From IMG/VR virus record IMGVR_UViG_2609460125_000011: a DNA stretch of 8,126 nt. One strand, given 5' to 3'. The translations under genes were made by a program, and so were the position numbers. Source of the DNA: a virus. Lineage: Duplodnaviria; Heunggongvirae; Uroviricota; Caudoviricetes. Shown one piece after another: positions 6,381 through 8,126 of this stretch (its first letter is position 1; the number at the start of each line of letters is the position of its first letter). Under the pieces are notes generated by a model. That model had not been told where the DNA came from and searched no databases. It was given only the letters and a program-made list of their open reading frames with translations.

Positions 6381-6619
6381 CAGAGTTCATCCAGCGTCAC
6401 ACGTACTGGCTTAGGATTACGAAGCCGTTCTTTCACTATCTCCACAAGTTCAGCATCTTCATCACTCAGGAGTGTCTGTTTGAACGGCAAGCGTTCATTG
6501 TCAGCGATATACTCGAGCATGAGACGAAGCGCTTCAGAAGGAGTTACACCCATTTTTTCAAGCGCGGCGTAAGAACGCGCTTTAAGTTCATCGTCAATAC
6601 GCAGGTTAATGCTACCCAT
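6380..6619 (-). CDS. relB: RelB antitoxin (type II)
   Basis: 79-aa product MGSINLRIDDELKARSYAALEKMGVTPSEALRLMLEYIADNERLPFKQTLLSDEDAELVEIVKERLRNPKPVRVTLDEL is essentially E. coli RelB. Confidence 0.95.
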   Translation of the reverse strand: MGSINLRIDDELKARSYAALEKMGVTPSEALRLMLEYIADNERLPFKQTLLSDEDAELVEIVKERLRNPKPVRVTLDEL

Positions 6620-6700
6620 GTCTTACACCTCTTGTAATTACAAATGTCATTACAAGTATCGCACTACAACATGCTTAGGGCAAGTCACGAAGGAAGTCAG
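6620..6700 (-). promoter_or_regulatory. relBE promoter/operator region
   Basis: Immediately upstream of relB: perfect palindrome TTGTAATTACAA at 6632-6643 and a second TGTCATTACAAG repeat (the hexad repeats bound by RelB/RelE), an AGAGGTG Shine-Dalgarno, and candidate TTGCCC-17-GATACT promoter hexamers. Confidence 0.55.
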
Positions 6701-6946
6701 AAAGTAGTCGTAAGAACGGTGATCACTGTCCGCTTTGTGCCAGGAGCAGCCATTGCTAAGTCCATCCTGTATTGTGCAGGTCAGCTCTTTTTTAAAGAGT
6801 CCGGCCATCATCTTACTGGTACAGACACCATATACTTTGTGACGGTCAGGCTACATATGCACAACTCAACTTATTCATCTATTTTTTGCTTTAGCATGTC
6901 AGTGAGGTGTACTGGCAATAGCGGACACTACCATTTGTTCTTTTTT

Positions 6947-7734
6947 TAAGCAGCCATCTGATGATATTTTTCCCTGAAGGCTGCCGGGGAGATATTCCCC
7001 AGACGAGAGTGACGACGCTGACGATTGTAGAAAATCTCAATGTATTCCCGTATTACTGAGATGGCTTCATCCCGGTTATTAAACGATAGTGGCTCGGGCT
7101 CTCATTTTCAGCGTTCCCCAGAAGCTTTCCATCGGAGCGTTGTCGTAACAGTTACCTTTACGCGACATTGATGTTTCAGACCAGACTGCTCCTGTATGAC
7201 CCGGTAATCGTATGCGCAGTACTGTGAACCTCGATCAGAGTGGTGGATTAGCCCGGCAGGTGGGCGCTGGCTCCTGAGCGCCATAAACAGGGCTTTACCT
7301 GTCAGCTCTTTTGTCATGCGCTCTCCCATGGCGTAGCCGACAATTTCGCACGTATAAACATCTTTGATGCCAGCAACATACGTCAGGTCCGCCACCCAGA
7401 CCTGATTTGGTGCTGTAGGAGCGAACGTCTGGTTCAGCAGATTTGGCGCAACTGGCAGATTGTGGTTCGGGTTCGTAGTCGCTCTGAACTTGCGTTTCTG
7501 CTTACAGCGTAGCCTCAGCTCCTTACGAAGACGTGCCAGTCGGTCACGACCAACGATGATGCCATTCTCTGCCAGCTCCGTCTGGAGCCGCCGGGTTCCA
7601 TATGTTTCGCGAGTGCGGATATGTGCCACCTTAATCTCCGGTTTTAGCCGCTCATCACTTTGTTTTCTGTCTGAGGGTTCATGCTGTACCCAGTTGTAAT
7701 AACCGCTCCTGGATACACCAAATACCTGACACAT
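6947..7734 (-). pseudogene. IS3-family transposase OrfB (DDE catalytic domain), frameshifted and internally deleted
   Basis: MCQVFGVSRSGYYNWV...NQVWVADLTYV-AGIKDVYTCEIVGYAMGERMT...LIHHSDRGSQYCAYDY, then loses frame. The conserved C-terminus MSRKGNCYDNAPMESFWGTLK...FREKYHQMAA is present out of frame with single-base losses in A and T runs. The segment after DLTYV that normally carries the conserved GWLYL motif is absent. Confidence 0.75.
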
Positions 7735-7813
7735 CGCTTCAATGGGAAATTGTTGTCGCCATTGTTCGATTAACGCGTATTTTTCAGCGACTCCTGTGCA
7801 AAATACGCTGTTG

Positions 7814-7820
7814 CTTTTTT
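7814..7820 (-). other. A6G slippery heptamer (programmed -1 frameshift site) of the IS3-family transposase
   Basis: Minus strand AAAAAAG inside ...GATATATTAAAAAAGCAA..., at the orfA/orfB overlap as in IS3-family elements. Confidence 0.5.
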
Positions 7821-7848
7821 AATATATCTCGCTCAAGGCGAGCTTCAT

Positions 7849-8037
7849 TTAACGCCTTACGCAGTTGCAGAATTTCAGATTCCAGTTCAGCCACCGTGCG
7901 GTAACCAGGAGTCCTGAGCTCCCTTCAGGCGGCGGTAACCCATAAGCGCCTTCACTGATCGAAAGTTGATTTTCAAGAACCGTTCTGACAGCTTCGGCTT
8001 TGAACTCTTTAGAGTAACGTTGGGTTTTTCTGCTCAT
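7849..8037 (-). pseudogene. IS3-family transposase OrfA (helix-turn-helix N-terminus), disrupted
   Basis: MSRKTQRYSKEFKAEAVRTVLENQLSISEGA... starts at 8037 with a Shine-Dalgarno upstream. The frame is lost before the conserved TVAELESEILQLRKALNEARLERDILKK segment, which is present only in another frame, implying an internal indel. Confidence 0.75.
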
Positions 8038-8126
8038 TATTAGCTCCTTCTGATGCCATTCTATTTCAGGAAGGAGTGTCCGTTAAACTCAGGCTACCTC
8101 ATTTCCTTCGTTTATTTGCATGAATA

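Larger units (their letters stand above)
6903..8101 (-). mobile_element. IS3-family (IS600-like) insertion sequence with both terminal inverted repeats, internally degenerate
   Basis: Terminal repeats TGAGGTAGCCTGAGTTTAACGGACACTCC (minus-strand left end, plus 8101) and TGAGGTGTACTGGCAATAGCGGACACTACC (right end, plus 6903). orfA and orfB are on the minus strand with an A6G slippery heptamer. Length is 1199 bp, about 65 bp shorter than the 1264 bp I recall for IS600. Confidence 0.85.

Noticed and set aside
5252-6637. Plus-strand ORFs 5252-5464, 5888-6109, 6010-6204 and 6257-6637
   Set aside because: Antisense to the 66-aa ORF, rem, hokD, relE and relB, which are recognisable. I looked for a Sok-like antisense promoter near hokD but found no convincing -35/-10 pair.
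6644-6949. 101-aa plus-strand ORF overlapping the relBE operator and running 46 bp into the IS terminal repeat (possibly corresponding to a ydfV-type annotation)
   Set aside because: No Shine-Dalgarno, overlaps a regulatory region, and its C-terminus is encoded by IS sequence. Most likely not a genuine gene; at best a truncated remnant.
1-8126. CRISPR arrays, rRNA genes, integrase or att sites
   Set aside because: No regularly spaced direct repeats, no rRNA-like sequence, and no tyrosine-recombinase frame were seen; the two tRNAs are internal phage tRNAs, not an obvious attachment site.

Overview
This window reads as a segment of an Escherichia/Shigella-type cryptic lambdoid prophage (Qin-like), bracketed by two inverted, degenerate IS3-family (IS600-like) copies at 1-234 (+) and 6903-8101 (-). 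Everything between them is on the minus strand except one cargo ORF. Reading right to left: relB-relE-hokD toxin-antitoxin operon with its operator and terminator, a Rem-like small protein, a 66-aa ORF, a YdfU-like protein with an HNH-like motif coupled to a RusA-like resolvase, a Q-type antiterminator, a late promoter and tR'-like terminator, phage tRNA-Ile(CAU) and tRNA-Arg(UCU), an AT-rich cargo region of unknown function, a small prophage protein, a second terminator, and a dual-start S21-type holin cut off by the left IS copy. This is the architecture of Stx-phage late regions, but no stxAB is present; the toxin-equivalent slot holds two uncharacterised ORFs rich in the rare codons read by the adjacent tRNAs, plus about 390 bp with no long ORF. 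No CRISPR array, rRNA, endolysin or Rz gene is in the window. All homology calls rest on recalled protein sequences and motifs, not on a database search.
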